Of a stretch of DNA of 64,000 bases, positions 42,003 to 51,187 are shown piece by piece. The DNA comes from a bacterium (lineage in GTDB: Bacteria > Elusimicrobiota > Elusimicrobia > Elusimicrobiales > UBA9959), in contig JAJZRA010000002.1 of NCBI GenBank assembly GCA_021847485.1, positions 20,078 through 84,077 on the forward strand. The letters run 5' to 3'. The first letter of the stretch is position 1, and each line of letters begins with the position of its first letter. The position numbers were made by a program, and so were the translations under genes. The notes beneath the pieces are model-generated. The model ran no database searches. It worked only from the letters and a program-made list of their open reading frames with translations, and was not told the origin of the DNA.

Positions 42003-43031
42003 ATGGATTACGCAAAGATCTGGTTCGTGTTCTGGGCGGTGCTGTGGACGGGCTACTTCGCGCTGGACGGCTTCGACCTCGGCGCGGTCTTCTCCGCCGG
42101 GCTGACCGCCCGCGGCGAAGAGGAGCGGCGCGCGGTGTTCGCCTCGGTCGGCCCGTTCTGGGACGGCAACGAGGTCTGGCTGGTCACCGCCGGCGGCGCC
42201 ACTTTCGCCGCCTTCCCCGCCGTCTATGCCGGGCTCTTCAGCTGGCTGTACCCGGCGCTGGCGCTGATCCTGTTCTCGCTGATCGCGCGCGGCGTCGCGC
42301 TCGAGTTCCGCGGCAAGGTCGCGGCCCCCGCCTGGAAGGCCTTCTGGGAGAGGACGGCTTCCGTCGCCAGCTTCCTCGCGGCCCTGCTCTTCGGCGTGGC
42401 CTTCGGCAACCTGTTCCGCGGCCTCGAGATCGGTCCCGGCGGCGGCTATTACGGCACCTTCTTCGGGCTGCTCAACCCCTACGCGCTGCTGACCGGCCTG
42501 CTGTTCTGCGCCTTCTTCCTGTTCCACGGGCTGCTGTGGGTGTCGCGCAAGACCGTCGGGGAACAGGCCGAGCGGGCCGCCCGCCTGGCCGGCGGGGCGT
42601 GGTACCTGCTCGCGGCGCTGGCCGCGGCCTTCCTGGTCTACAGCTGGGCCGCCACCGCGCTGTTCAACAATTTCCTCGCCCGCAAATGGCTGCTGCTGCT
42701 GCCGGCCGGCTTCGCCGTTTCCCTCGCCGCGGCCAGACTCCTGCTGGGCATGGGCCGGCGCGGCGCCGCTTTCCTGGCCTCCTTCGCGGCGATAGCGCTC
42801 TTCTCCCTGTCGGGCTTCGCCGGCCTCTACCCCGACCTGCTCGCGTCGCGCGTCGACCCCGCCTACAGCCTGACCGTCTACAACGCCTCTTCCAGCGCTT
42901 ACACGCTGAAGCTGATGACCGGCGTGGTGCTGGTCTTCCTGCCGGTCGTCATCGCCTACCAGGCCTGGGTCTACCGGCTTTTCCGGGCCCCGCTCGGCAG
43001 GGAGGAACTGGAGCGGAGCGGGATGTACTGA
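42003..43031 (+). CDS. cydB: cytochrome bd-type quinol oxidase subunit II
   Basis: IWFVFWAVLWTGYFALDGFDLG...GPFWDGNEVWLVTAGGATFAAFP. Confidence 0.95.
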   Translation: MDYAKIWFVFWAVLWTGYFALDGFDLGAVFSAGLTARGEEERRAVFASVGPFWDGNEVWLVTAGGATFAAFPAVYAGLFSWLYPALALILFSLIARGVALEFRGKVAAPAWKAFWERTASVASFLAALLFGVAFGNLFRGLEIGPGGGYYGTFFGLLNPYALLTGLLFCAFFLFHGLLWVSRKTVGEQAERAARLAGGAWYLLAALAAAFLVYSWAATALFNNFLARKWLLLLPAGFAVSLAAARLLLGMGRRGAAFLASFAAIALFSLSGFAGLYPDLLASRVDPAYSLTVYNASSSAYTLKLMTGVVLVFLPVVIAYQAWVYRLFRAPLGREELERSGMY

Positions 43032-43074
43032 AGGTTAAGCCCAAAGAGCGCGGGTTTTTGCTAATATTAGACCT

Positions 43075-43914
43075 ATGAAAATAAAGTTCTGGGGAGCCCG
43101 GGGGTCCATCCCCGTCTCCGGCCGGCAGTACATAAAGTACGGCGGCAGCACCACCTGCGTAGAGGTGCGCTCCCGGAAGGGCGAGCTCGTCATCGTGGAC
43201 GCGGGCTCCGGCATCCGCCTGCTCGGCAAGGAGCTGCTCAAGAACTCCCACAACGATTTCAACATGCTGTTCACGCACTCCCACTGGGACCACGTGCTGG
43301 GCTTCCCGTTCTTCGCCCCTATCTACAACCGCAAGACCCGCATCCGGATGATGGGCTGCTCGTTCACTTCGGACCCGGTCCGCGAGATCATCGCCAAGAC
43401 GATGCAGCCCCCCGGCTTCCCGGTCAAGTTCGAGGAGATAGCGGCGCGCTTCGACTTCGCGTCGCTCTGCTCCACGGGCTGCGAGATGGGCGGCATGCAG
43501 GTGCTGCCTATCGAGCTCAGCCATCCCAACAACGGCATGGGCTACAAGTTCAGCGAGGCCGGCAAGACCTTCGTTTTCCTGACCGACAACGAGCTGGGCT
43601 TCGTGCATCCCGGCGGCAGGCCCGCGGCCGATTACGCCGCGTTCTCCCGCGGGGCCGACCTGCTCGTGCACGACGCCGACTATACCGACGCCGAGTACCC
43701 GCGGCGCCGGACCTGGGGCCACTCGACGTGGCGGCAGGCGCTGGACCTGGCGCTGAAGGCCGAGGTCCGCGCGCTGGGCCTCTTCCACCACAACCAGGAC
43801 CGGGGCGACGCCGAGCTGGACCGCATAGTCGCGGAGTGTTCCCGCCGGGCCCGCAAGGCCGGCTCCAGGCTCAGGTGCTTCGCGGTCAGGGAGGGCCAGG
43901 AGGTCAAGTTTTAA
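43075..43914 (+). CDS. MBL-fold metallo-hydrolase
   Basis: KFWGARGS...LFTHSHWDHVLGFPFF (HxHxDH). TAATAT sits 7 nt upstream of the ATG. Confidence 0.85.
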   Translation: MKIKFWGARGSIPVSGRQYIKYGGSTTCVEVRSRKGELVIVDAGSGIRLLGKELLKNSHNDFNMLFTHSHWDHVLGFPFFAPIYNRKTRIRMMGCSFTSDPVREIIAKTMQPPGFPVKFEEIAARFDFASLCSTGCEMGGMQVLPIELSHPNNGMGYKFSEAGKTFVFLTDNELGFVHPGGRPAADYAAFSRGADLLVHDADYTDAEYPRRRTWGHSTWRQALDLALKAEVRALGLFHHNQDRGDAELDRIVAECSRRARKAGSRLRCFAVREGQEVKF

Positions 43915-43935
43915 AGCTCAGCGGAGACTACTACT

Positions 43936-44469
43936 ATGCCTACTTTCAACTTCTATTCCGTCTGGATGGACCCGGTGTTCTACCTGTGGGGGCTGGCCGC
44001 CGCGGCCGCCCTCTTCGGGCTGGTCTATTCCATCCGCCGCTACGTGGAGCTCAAGAACGAGTCCCCGTTCGGCGAGGAGCCCGGCGCCTCCGACGTGGCA
44101 GACCTGCCCTCCGTCGCCGAGGACCCCGCCCTGCCCGTAGCGGACGCGGCCCCCGCGCAGCCGGAGCTCCCTATCTCCGAACCTCCCCGCCGCGAGGCCC
44201 CCGCCCCGGCCCCGGAGCCGGCGCCGGCCCCCGCCGCGCATCCAGCCGCGGGCATAAGCCCGGCGGAGAACTTCGTGCGCGGCATCTACGAGGGGATCAG
44301 CGGTCTCGACTCCCGCCTGAAGGCCATCGAGTCCCACATCTCCAAGTCCAAGGTCAACAGCGATTTCACGGTGACCTTCCTCGAGGACATCGTGCAGGAC
44401 TTCGACAGCCTCGACAAGCAGAAGATCAAGGCCAGGCTGGAGTACCTCATTTCCGACCTCAAGAAGTAG
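43936..44469 (+). CDS. membrane-anchored hypothetical protein with P/A-rich linker and coiled C-terminus
   Basis: N-terminal TM helix (VFYLWGLAAAAALFGLVYSI). GGAGA RBS. Real-looking C-terminal 70 aa. Confidence 0.6.
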   Translation: MPTFNFYSVWMDPVFYLWGLAAAAALFGLVYSIRRYVELKNESPFGEEPGASDVADLPSVAEDPALPVADAAPAQPELPISEPPRREAPAPAPEPAPAPAAHPAAGISPAENFVRGIYEGISGLDSRLKAIESHISKSKVNSDFTVTFLEDIVQDFDSLDKQKIKARLEYLISDLKK

Positions 44470-44473
44470 CGCC

Positions 44474-45859
44474 GTGAGACGCACCGCCGCCGCCTCGCTG
44501 CTGCTGCTCGGCCTCGCCGCGGGCCCGGCCGGGGCGGGGCTCTTCCCGGACAACGCCTTCTCCGACGACGCCCGCGGTCTCGCGGGCGCGCAGTTCCTCA
44601 AGGCTCCCCCTTCCGCCCGCTTCGCCGCGCTGGCCGGCGCCGGGCTCACCCTCGGCTGTCCCGACGCCTTCTTCCTGAACCCGGCAGGCGCCGCCGGGCT
44701 CTCCGGCCGCGCCGTCTCGGCCTCCTACGAGGCGCTGCTGGAAGGCTCTTCCCGCACCGGCCTCGTGCTCTCCAACGCCGCGGCCTCGGGCGTCTTCTCC
44801 GCCGGGCTGCTCTACCGCGGCTCCGACGCGGGGCCGCGCCTCGACGGGGCCGGCACCGCCTTCGGCTCCGCGATTACCGCCTACGACGCCGCCGCCGGCG
44901 CGGGCTGGGCCCGCAGGTTCGGCCTGACCGACTTCGGTTTCGGCGTGAAGTACGTCCGCTCCGCGCTCGATTCCGAGCGGGGCGCGACCGCGGCCGTGGA
45001 CGCGGGCTTCGTTTTCCGCGGGAGCGGCGGCCAGGCCACCGACCTGGCGCTGGCGCTGCGCAACTTCGGCCCCCCGCTCAAGCTCGGCTCCGGCAAGGCC
45101 CCGCTGCCGTCGGAGCTCGCCGGCGGGCTGCGCTGGCGCTATTCGCCGGAGTTCAACGTCTTCGCCGAGGGGCGGCTCCCTTCCGACCACGCGCCCTACC
45201 TGGTCTTCGCCGGGGAATGGCTGCTGCCCGTCTCCGCCGGGACGGGCTTCGCGCTGCGCGGCGGCCTCAACTTCAGGAACTTCGGCGACCACGGCTTCAT
45301 GGGGGCTTTCGCCGGCGGCTTCGGGCTGCGCTTCGGCGGCCTCTCGCTGGATTACGCCTTCGTGCCTTACGGCGAGCTGGGCTCGACGCACCGGATGACG
45401 GCGGGCTGGGCCTGGGGCGCTCCCAGGCGTGCCGCCCCGCGCGCCGTTCCGCGGCGGCGCCTTTCCGGCGCCGTGGCCGTCGCCCCGTTCGAGGCGGCCG
45501 GCGGCGTGACCGCGGCGGAGGCCGCGGTGGTGCGCAACCTCGTGGAGTCGGAGCTGGCCAAGACCGGCCGCTTCAGGGTGGTGGAGCGCTCCAGGCTGGA
45601 TTTCATCCTCGCCGAGAAGAAGCTGGCCTACGCCGGCCTCTCCGGCGAGGCCGCCGCCGCCGAACTGGCCCGCCTCTCCTCGGCGAAACTGGCCGTCTTC
45701 GGCGCGGTGTCGAGGGACGCGCGCGGCTACACCGTGACCGCGCGGCTGGTCGACGCCGCCACCGGCGAGGTGCAGCTCTCGGACTCCGTCTCCGTGGCGG
45801 AGGATTATCTTTTCAGGGACGCCGCGCGCCGGCTGGCCGCGGCCCTTTCCGGCGACTAA
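44474..45859 (+). CDS. outer-membrane beta-barrel-like protein fused to a CsgG/LpoB/FlgO-like C-terminal domain
   Basis: GTG start and signal peptide. Alternating G/A/F/Y beta-strand pattern ending ...LDYAFVPYGELGSTHRMT. Then VAVAPFEA...RNLVESELAKTGRFRVVERSRLDFILAE. Confidence 0.65.
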   Translation: MRRTAAASLLLLGLAAGPAGAGLFPDNAFSDDARGLAGAQFLKAPPSARFAALAGAGLTLGCPDAFFLNPAGAAGLSGRAVSASYEALLEGSSRTGLVLSNAAASGVFSAGLLYRGSDAGPRLDGAGTAFGSAITAYDAAAGAGWARRFGLTDFGFGVKYVRSALDSERGATAAVDAGFVFRGSGGQATDLALALRNFGPPLKLGSGKAPLPSELAGGLRWRYSPEFNVFAEGRLPSDHAPYLVFAGEWLLPVSAGTGFALRGGLNFRNFGDHGFMGAFAGGFGLRFGGLSLDYAFVPYGELGSTHRMTAGWAWGAPRRAAPRAVPRRRLSGAVAVAPFEAAGGVTAAEAAVVRNLVESELAKTGRFRVVERSRLDFILAEKKLAYAGLSGEAAAAELARLSSAKLAVFGAVSRDARGYTVTARLVDAATGEVQLSDSVSVAEDYLFRDAARRLAAALSGD

Positions 45860-46350
45860 CGGCCTTCTTCCAGGTGCTTCACGCGCCAGGCGTTCCTGAC
45901 CGTGGGCTCGAGCTTCGCGGCCAGGCGGGCCGTCTCCAGCGCCCGTTCCTTCTCGCCCAGCTTCTCGTATACCTCGCTCAGCCGCTCGTACCAGGCCGCG
46001 TTCGACGGGTCCTTTGAAATATGGTGCTCCAGCAGCCGCACCTCCGCCTTCTGCCGGCGGCGGACCAGCGCCGCCGCGGCCCTGTAGCGGGTCTCGCGGT
46101 AGAGGCCGAAGCCGGCCAGGCCGGTAACGAGCGCGACGTCGTAGAGCAGCGCCGCCCGGGGCCAGCGCACCAGCACGGCGATGTTGGAGATGTAGACGAA
46201 CACCAGGAAGAAGGCCCCGGCCAGGAAGGCGTCGGTGAAGGAATGGTTCCCCTGGCGGTACTTCTTCTCCCGGCGCTCCAGCACCCAGACCAGCCCCCAG
46301 GTCCAGAGCAGCGCGAAGAGCGTGCAGTAGATAAGGATGCCGAGCAGCAA
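45856..46350 (-). CDS. membrane protein with TPR-like C-terminal helix pair
   Basis: 3-4 TM helices, then AWYERLSEVYEKLGEKERALETARLAAKLEP. Confidence 0.65.
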   Translation of the reverse strand: MLLGILIYCTLFALLWTWGLVWVLERREKKYRQGNHSFTDAFLAGAFFLVFVYISNIAVLVRWPRAALLYDVALVTGLAGFGLYRETRYRAAAALVRRRQKAEVRLLEHHISKDPSNAAWYERLSEVYEKLGEKERALETARLAAKLEPTVRNAWRVKHLEEGR

Positions 46351-46351
46351 G

Positions 46352-47140
46352 CTAGGGCCTCCGCAGGAGGCGGCGCAGCATCTTCAGCATCGGCGCGTGC
46401 AGGCGGCCGTTGGTGGCCAGCGTTTCGGAGCCGGTGCCGGGGCCGAGCCGCCACTGGCGGCCCGCGAAGTCGGTGGTCCTGCCGCCGGCCTCGCGCAGGA
46501 TGAGCCCCCCCGCCGCGACGTCCCAGGGCTTCAGCCCGAACTCCCAGTAGCCGTCGGTGCGGCCCGCCGCCAGCCAGCAGAGGTCCAGCGACGCCGCGCC
46601 CATGCGGCGCACGTCGTGCGAGATCTTCATGAACTCGGCGAAGAAGCGGCAGTAGAAGGCCGCGCGTTCGGCCCTGTCGTAGGGGAAGCCGGTCACGAGC
46701 AGCGCGTTCTCCAGCGCCGCCGTGCGCGTGACGGCGAGCCTGCGCCCGTTCACCGAGGCGCCGCGGCCCTCGGCGGCGAGGAAAAGCTCGTCCTTGAACG
46801 GGTCGTAGACGCCGCCGGCCCTTACGCGGCCTTTTTCCGCGAAGGCCACCGACACCGCCGCGGCCGGGAAGCCGTGCGCGTAGTTGGTGGTGCCGTCGAG
46901 CGGGTCTATGATCCAGAGGCGGCCGTTCGGGGTCTCCTCCAGCGGGCTCTCTTCGGCCATGAAGCCGTCCCCGGGGAAAGCCCGGCGGATCGCGGCCTTC
47001 ACGGCCTTCTCCGAGGCGAGGTCTGCCTCGGTCAGCAGGTTGGCGCGGCCCTTGAGGCGGTAGCCCACCTTGCCGAACTTGGCCTTCAGCACGCGGCCGC
47101 CGGCCAGCGCGGCTTTCTTCAGTATCTCCAGCTCTTTCAT
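46352..47140 (-). CDS. inositol monophosphatase family protein (SuhB-like)
   Basis: FMAEE...WIIDPLDGTTNY...WDVAAG motifs. Confidence 0.9.
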   Translation of the reverse strand: MKELEILKKAALAGGRVLKAKFGKVGYRLKGRANLLTEADLASEKAVKAAIRRAFPGDGFMAEESPLEETPNGRLWIIDPLDGTTNYAHGFPAAAVSVAFAEKGRVRAGGVYDPFKDELFLAAEGRGASVNGRRLAVTRTAALENALLVTGFPYDRAERAAFYCRFFAEFMKISHDVRRMGAASLDLCWLAAGRTDGYWEFGLKPWDVAAGGLILREAGGRTTDFAGRQWRLGPGTGSETLATNGRLHAPMLKMLRRLLRRP

Positions 47141-47946
47141 GATGTCCTTTTGCGCAGCGCCAGGCGGGCCGCGGCCTCTTCGGCCGGCAGCGCCGCCTCG
47201 ACGAACGAGACCCTGCGGCCGGCCAGCGCGGCCCGGGCCGCCCTGGCGAAGCCCGCCTTGAAATGGAAATTCTTTATCAGGCCGCCGGCCAGGGCGACCT
47301 TGACCGGCCCGCGCCCCTTCCCGGCGGCTTCCTTCAGCAGGCCGGCCAGCTCCAGCTGCGCCGCCGCCACCAGCTTAACCGCGCGGCTGTGGCCGTCCAG
47401 GGCCAGCAGCAGCAGCCTCTTCGCGTAGGCGGCCGAGCGGCCGTGCCCCAGGCGGCCGGCCTCCCTCAGGCGGCCGCGCATCTTGAGGTACTGCCGCCCG
47501 AGCCAGCGCCCGGAGCCCGGGTCGCCCGAGGGCGGGTTGTGGCCGCCGGTCTTCCTGAAGGCGCCGGGGCGCCCGCTGAAGACCACGGAGCCGGTCCCGG
47601 CTATCAGCAGCATCCCCTCCCCGCCCCGGAAAGCGGCGTAATGGGCGGCTTCGGCGTCGGAGATCACTTCGGCCAGGTTCAGCCTGCCGGCCAGGGCTTT
47701 GACCAGGAAAGGCTTCTTCCAGGGGCGGCTGAAGGCTCCGCGGGTGGCTATGACCAGCGGCGCAGCGGCGCCGCCGGGCCAGGCCGAGACCAGCGGGACC
47801 AGGCGTTTCGGCAGGCCGCGCAGCGGCACCGTGCGCAGGCGGGCGCCGCGGACCCTGCGCAGGCGGGCGTCCAGGGCGCAGACCCTGGTCCATGTACCTC
47901 CGCGGTCCACCCCGATAGCGGCGATCTTTCCGGTCTTCGCTCTCAT
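47137..47946 (-). CDS. BadF/BadG/BcrA/BcrD-type ATPase (N-acetylglucosamine kinase-like)
   Basis: AAIGVDRGGTWTR and LIAGTGSV ASKHA motifs. ATG 47946 is preferred over the TTG at 47976. ATGA overlap with the suhB-like gene. Confidence 0.7.
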   Translation of the reverse strand: MRAKTGKIAAIGVDRGGTWTRVCALDARLRRVRGARLRTVPLRGLPKRLVPLVSAWPGGAAAPLVIATRGAFSRPWKKPFLVKALAGRLNLAEVISDAEAAHYAAFRGGEGMLLIAGTGSVVFSGRPGAFRKTGGHNPPSGDPGSGRWLGRQYLKMRGRLREAGRLGHGRSAAYAKRLLLLALDGHSRAVKLVAAAQLELAGLLKEAAGKGRGPVKVALAGGLIKNFHFKAGFARAARAALAGRRVSFVEAALPAEEAAARLALRKRTS

Positions 47947-48010
47947 GGCGTGTTCGTTGACGTCGGGAACTTCCAAATGATATCATATATGCGTAACCGC
48001 AGTCCTAGCT

Positions 48011-48481
48011 ATGATCAGACAGTCAGACGGCGTAAGCCTCTCAGCACTCATCACCCCCGGGAACGTAGTTTTCATCGAAGGCAAGCCTTCCAAGGAGGAG
48101 GCCGTGCGCCTGCTCGCCGAGAAGGTCCTCGGCCAGCTCGGCGGCGCCATCCCCCGCAAGGCCCTGTTCGACCGCATAGCCGAGGTCGAGAAGCTCAACC
48201 AGGTTCTCGAGAGCGGCTTCTACATCCCTCACGCCAAGTTCCCGGAACTGGACGGCTTCCACGCCGTGCTCGGCATAGTGCCTGAGGGCTTCCAGGACCC
48301 GGCCACCGGCCTCACCGTCAAGGCCCTGATCCTGCTGCTCTCGCCCCACAAGCCGGCCTTCTTCCAGCGCCACTTGAACATGCTGTCGCTGCTCAGCCAG
48401 ACCTTCCAGCCGGAGCTGATCGAAAGGCTCGCCGCGCTGAAGGACCCGGCCGCAGCAGCAGGCCTCCTCAAGGGTAAATAG
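48011..48481 (+). CDS. PTS EIIA type-2 (PtsN-like) domain protein
   Basis: 156 aa. ...GFYIPHAKF... His-containing active-site context. Fold-consistent length. Confidence 0.7.
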   Translation: MIRQSDGVSLSALITPGNVVFIEGKPSKEEAVRLLAEKVLGQLGGAIPRKALFDRIAEVEKLNQVLESGFYIPHAKFPELDGFHAVLGIVPEGFQDPATGLTVKALILLLSPHKPAFFQRHLNMLSLLSQTFQPELIERLAALKDPAAAAGLLKGK

Positions 48482-48537
48482 CCCTTTCGCCGCCCCCCGC
48501 CCCGCTCCCGCGCTTCAGTCCCGGGCCGGGAAATATA

Positions 48538-48543
48538 TATAAT
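48538..48543 (+). promoter_or_regulatory. -10 box TATAAT 6 nt upstream of the permease ATG (leaderless-type)
   Basis: TATAAT-ttatat-ATG (ATG 48550). Confidence 0.45.
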
Positions 48544-48549
48544 TTATAT

Positions 48550-50553
48550 ATGGTCCCTAATCCGAAGTTCAAGCAGGTCTTCGTCCTGAGCACGGCCATG
48601 CTCAGCTTCATCTCTTTCTGGAAGGCCGCCTCGGTGGTGCTGTGCGACTTCGGGTCCAGCGCCTATTACGCCGGCGGCATCGCGATGCGGGCTTTCGGCC
48701 CGGCCTTCCCGTGGTTCATCCTGGGCGTCATGCTGTTCTCCGGCCTGATGCTGGGCGTCTATACCGAATCCTGCACCCTGTTCGTGCGCGGCGGCGTCTA
48801 CGTCGTGGTGCGCGAGGCGATGGGCAAGGTGATGGCGAAGCTGTCGGTCTCGGCGCTGGTCTTCGATTACGCGCTGACCGGCCCCATCAGCGCCGTGACC
48901 GCCGGCCTCTACCTGGGCGGCCTGCTGTCCAACCTGCTGCCTCTGCTGCACGTGAACTGGCACGTCCCGGACCGCGCCTTCGCGGTGGTCTTCGCGCTGC
49001 TGGTCACCGGCTACTTCTGGCGCGAGAACATCCGCGGCATAGAGGAGTCGGCGGACAACAATTTCAAGATCATCGTGTTCGTGTCCGGGGTGGCCGTGCT
49101 GCTGCTGGGCTGGTCCGGCCTGACGCTGTGGCACCGCGGCTTCACGCTGCCGCCGCTGAAGCCGGTCTTCACGCCCGAGGCGCTCGGCTGGACCGTCCAT
49201 TTCCCGTGGCTCAAGGCCGTAGGCCTGGTGGGCGTCGTCATGGCCTTCGGGCACTCCATCCTCGCGCTCTCCGGCCTGGAGACCCTGGCCCAGGTCTACC
49301 GCGAGATCGAGGACCCGAAGGTCCAGAACCTCAAGAAGGCGGTGGTCTCCATCTTCGTCTTCAGCGTGCTGTTCACCGGCCTGCTCACGTTCATAGCCGC
49401 GCTGATCATCCCGCCCGACCTGGTGGCCGGCAAGTACGCCGAGAACCTGCTCAGCGGCCTGGCGCTGGAGCTGGACGGCCCCTACCTGGGGCGCCTGGCC
49501 ATGCAGGTGCTCGTCGTCATCTCCGGCGCGCTGATGCTGGTCGGCGCGGTCAACACCTCCTTCGTCGGCGCCAACGGCGTGCTGAACCGCGTCGCCGAGG
49601 ACGGCATCCTGCACGACTGGTTCCGCCACCTGCACCGCAAGTACGGCACCACCTACAGGATAGTGAACCTGATAGCCGTCATCCAGGTCCTCATCATCCT
49701 GGCTTCCGGCGGCGACATCTTCCTGCTGGGCGAGGCCTACGCCTTCGGCGTGCTGGCCAGCATGAGCTTCAATACCTTCTCGATGATCATCCTGCGCTTC
49801 AAGCGCCGCGAGGAGGAGCGCGAGTGGAAGTTCCCGCTCAACTTCCGGGCCGGCGGGGTGGAGGTGCCGGTGGGCCTTTCGCTGGTGCTGCTGATCCTGC
49901 TTTCGGCCACCGGCATGAACCTGCTGACCAAGAAGATCGCCACCATCGGCGGCCTGGTCTTCACCGCGGTCTTCTACACCGTCTTCTACGTCTCGGAGCG
50001 CCTCAACGAGAAGAAGGCCCAGCTCTACAAGCCCGACGAGGACAACGACGAGAAGCTGAACCTGCGCAGCGAAGCGGATATCCATAAGGTCGTGCCGGAA
50101 CTGACCGGCGCGCGCCGCATCCTGGTGCCGGTGCGCAACCCCAACAACCTGGTGCACCTGGCCTCGGTGCTGGAGACCGTCGACGACGAGACCACCGACA
50201 TCATCGTCCTCTCCGCCAAGATCGCCAAGGGCATCCAGTCCGGCGCGGAGACGATGAGCGACGAGGACAAGGAGGTCTTCAGCGCGGTGGTGCTGCTGGC
50301 CGAGAAGTACGGCAAGACCGTCAAGCCGATCTTCGTCTTCTCCAACGACCCTTTCTACTCGATGGCGCAGGTGGCCCAGGCCGCCGGCGCCGACGAGATC
50401 GTGATGGGCGTGTCCGGCTCCACCGGGGCCGAGGTGCAGCTGGAGCGGCTGGCGATGGCGTGGGGCATGCTGAAGAAACCCGGCGAGACCGGCAAGCCGG
50501 TGCTGGCGAAAGTGGTCTGGGAAGGCCGTCAGATGACCTTCCAACTGTCGTGA
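48550..50553 (+). CDS. APC-superfamily amino acid/polyamine permease fused to a C-terminal universal-stress (Usp) domain
   Basis: About 12 TM helices over 480 aa, then RILVPVRNPNN...IIVLS...VMGVSGS, a Usp-like domain. Confidence 0.8.
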   Translation: MVPNPKFKQVFVLSTAMLSFISFWKAASVVLCDFGSSAYYAGGIAMRAFGPAFPWFILGVMLFSGLMLGVYTESCTLFVRGGVYVVVREAMGKVMAKLSVSALVFDYALTGPISAVTAGLYLGGLLSNLLPLLHVNWHVPDRAFAVVFALLVTGYFWRENIRGIEESADNNFKIIVFVSGVAVLLLGWSGLTLWHRGFTLPPLKPVFTPEALGWTVHFPWLKAVGLVGVVMAFGHSILALSGLETLAQVYREIEDPKVQNLKKAVVSIFVFSVLFTGLLTFIAALIIPPDLVAGKYAENLLSGLALELDGPYLGRLAMQVLVVISGALMLVGAVNTSFVGANGVLNRVAEDGILHDWFRHLHRKYGTTYRIVNLIAVIQVLIILASGGDIFLLGEAYAFGVLASMSFNTFSMIILRFKRREEEREWKFPLNFRAGGVEVPVGLSLVLLILLSATGMNLLTKKIATIGGLVFTAVFYTVFYVSERLNEKKAQLYKPDEDNDEKLNLRSEADIHKVVPELTGARRILVPVRNPNNLVHLASVLETVDDETTDIIVLSAKIAKGIQSGAETMSDEDKEVFSAVVLLAEKYGKTVKPIFVFSNDPFYSMAQVAQAAGADEIVMGVSGSTGAEVQLERLAMAWGMLKKPGETGKPVLAKVVWEGRQMTFQLS

Positions 50554-50564
50554 TTTCGAATTAT

Positions 50565-50609
50565 GGTGACACACAACTTAATTCCCGGGGAATTAAGTTG
50601 TGTGTCACC
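50565..50609. repeat. 45-nt perfect palindrome (22-bp arms, 1-nt centre)
   Basis: GGTGACACACAACTTAATTCCC-g-GGGAATTAAGTTGTGTGTCACC, located 12 nt after the permease stop and 20 nt before the def ATG. Confidence 0.95.
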
Positions 50610-50628
50610 AGAATAGGAAGAGGGAGAT

Positions 50629-51180
50629 ATGGCTATAAGAAGGATCTGCAAGTACGGCGAGAAGATACTGGAGAAGAAGTGCCGGAAGGTCGACTTCGCG
50701 GCGCTTAAGAAGGAACTGCCGGCGCTGCTGGCCGACATGTTCGAGACGATGGACGCCGTCGGCGGGGCCGGCCTCGCCGCCAACCAGATCGGCCTCGACC
50801 TGCGCCTGGCGGTCATCAAGATCGCGCGCGACAACGAGGAACCGCTCAGCATCGTCATCATCAACCCCGAGATGGCCGAGAAGTCCGGCAGCATGTACGA
50901 GGACGAGGGCTGCCTGTCCTTCCCCGGCCTGTTCGCCAAGGTGCGCCGCGCGGCCAAGGTCAAGGTGCGCGCCCTCAACGAGAAGGGCCTGCCGATCGAG
51001 ATCAACGCCGAGGGCCTCTTCGCCAAGGCGCTGCAGCACGAGATGGACCACCTGGACGGCGTGGTCTTCATCGACCGCCTGCCGCTGATGAGCCGCCTGA
51101 AGCTCAAGCCGGCGCTGATGAAGCTGAAGGCGCAGTGGAAGAAGCTCGACGAGAGCAAGATGCGCCCGGAGAAGCTCTGA
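50629..51180 (+). CDS. def: peptide deformylase
   Basis: GLAANQIG, EGCLSFPG, QHEMDHLDG motifs. Confidence 0.95.
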   Translation: MAIRRICKYGEKILEKKCRKVDFAALKKELPALLADMFETMDAVGGAGLAANQIGLDLRLAVIKIARDNEEPLSIVIINPEMAEKSGSMYEDEGCLSFPGLFAKVRRAAKVKVRALNEKGLPIEINAEGLFAKALQHEMDHLDGVVFIDRLPLMSRLKLKPALMKLKAQWKKLDESKMRPEKL

Positions 51181-51187
51181 CGGGACC

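Noticed and set aside
40584-50574. Minus-strand ORFs 40584..42527 (647 aa) and 48544..50574 (676 aa).
   Set aside because: They are antisense to cydA/cydB and to the APC permease, both of which have clear family signatures. These are shadow ORFs.
50565-50609. The palindrome as the terminal inverted repeat of an IS or MITE.
   Set aside because: The arms abut each other with nothing between them. There is no transposase ORF, no obvious flanking target-site duplication and no second copy in the window. It is kept only as an unexplained hairpin or operator.
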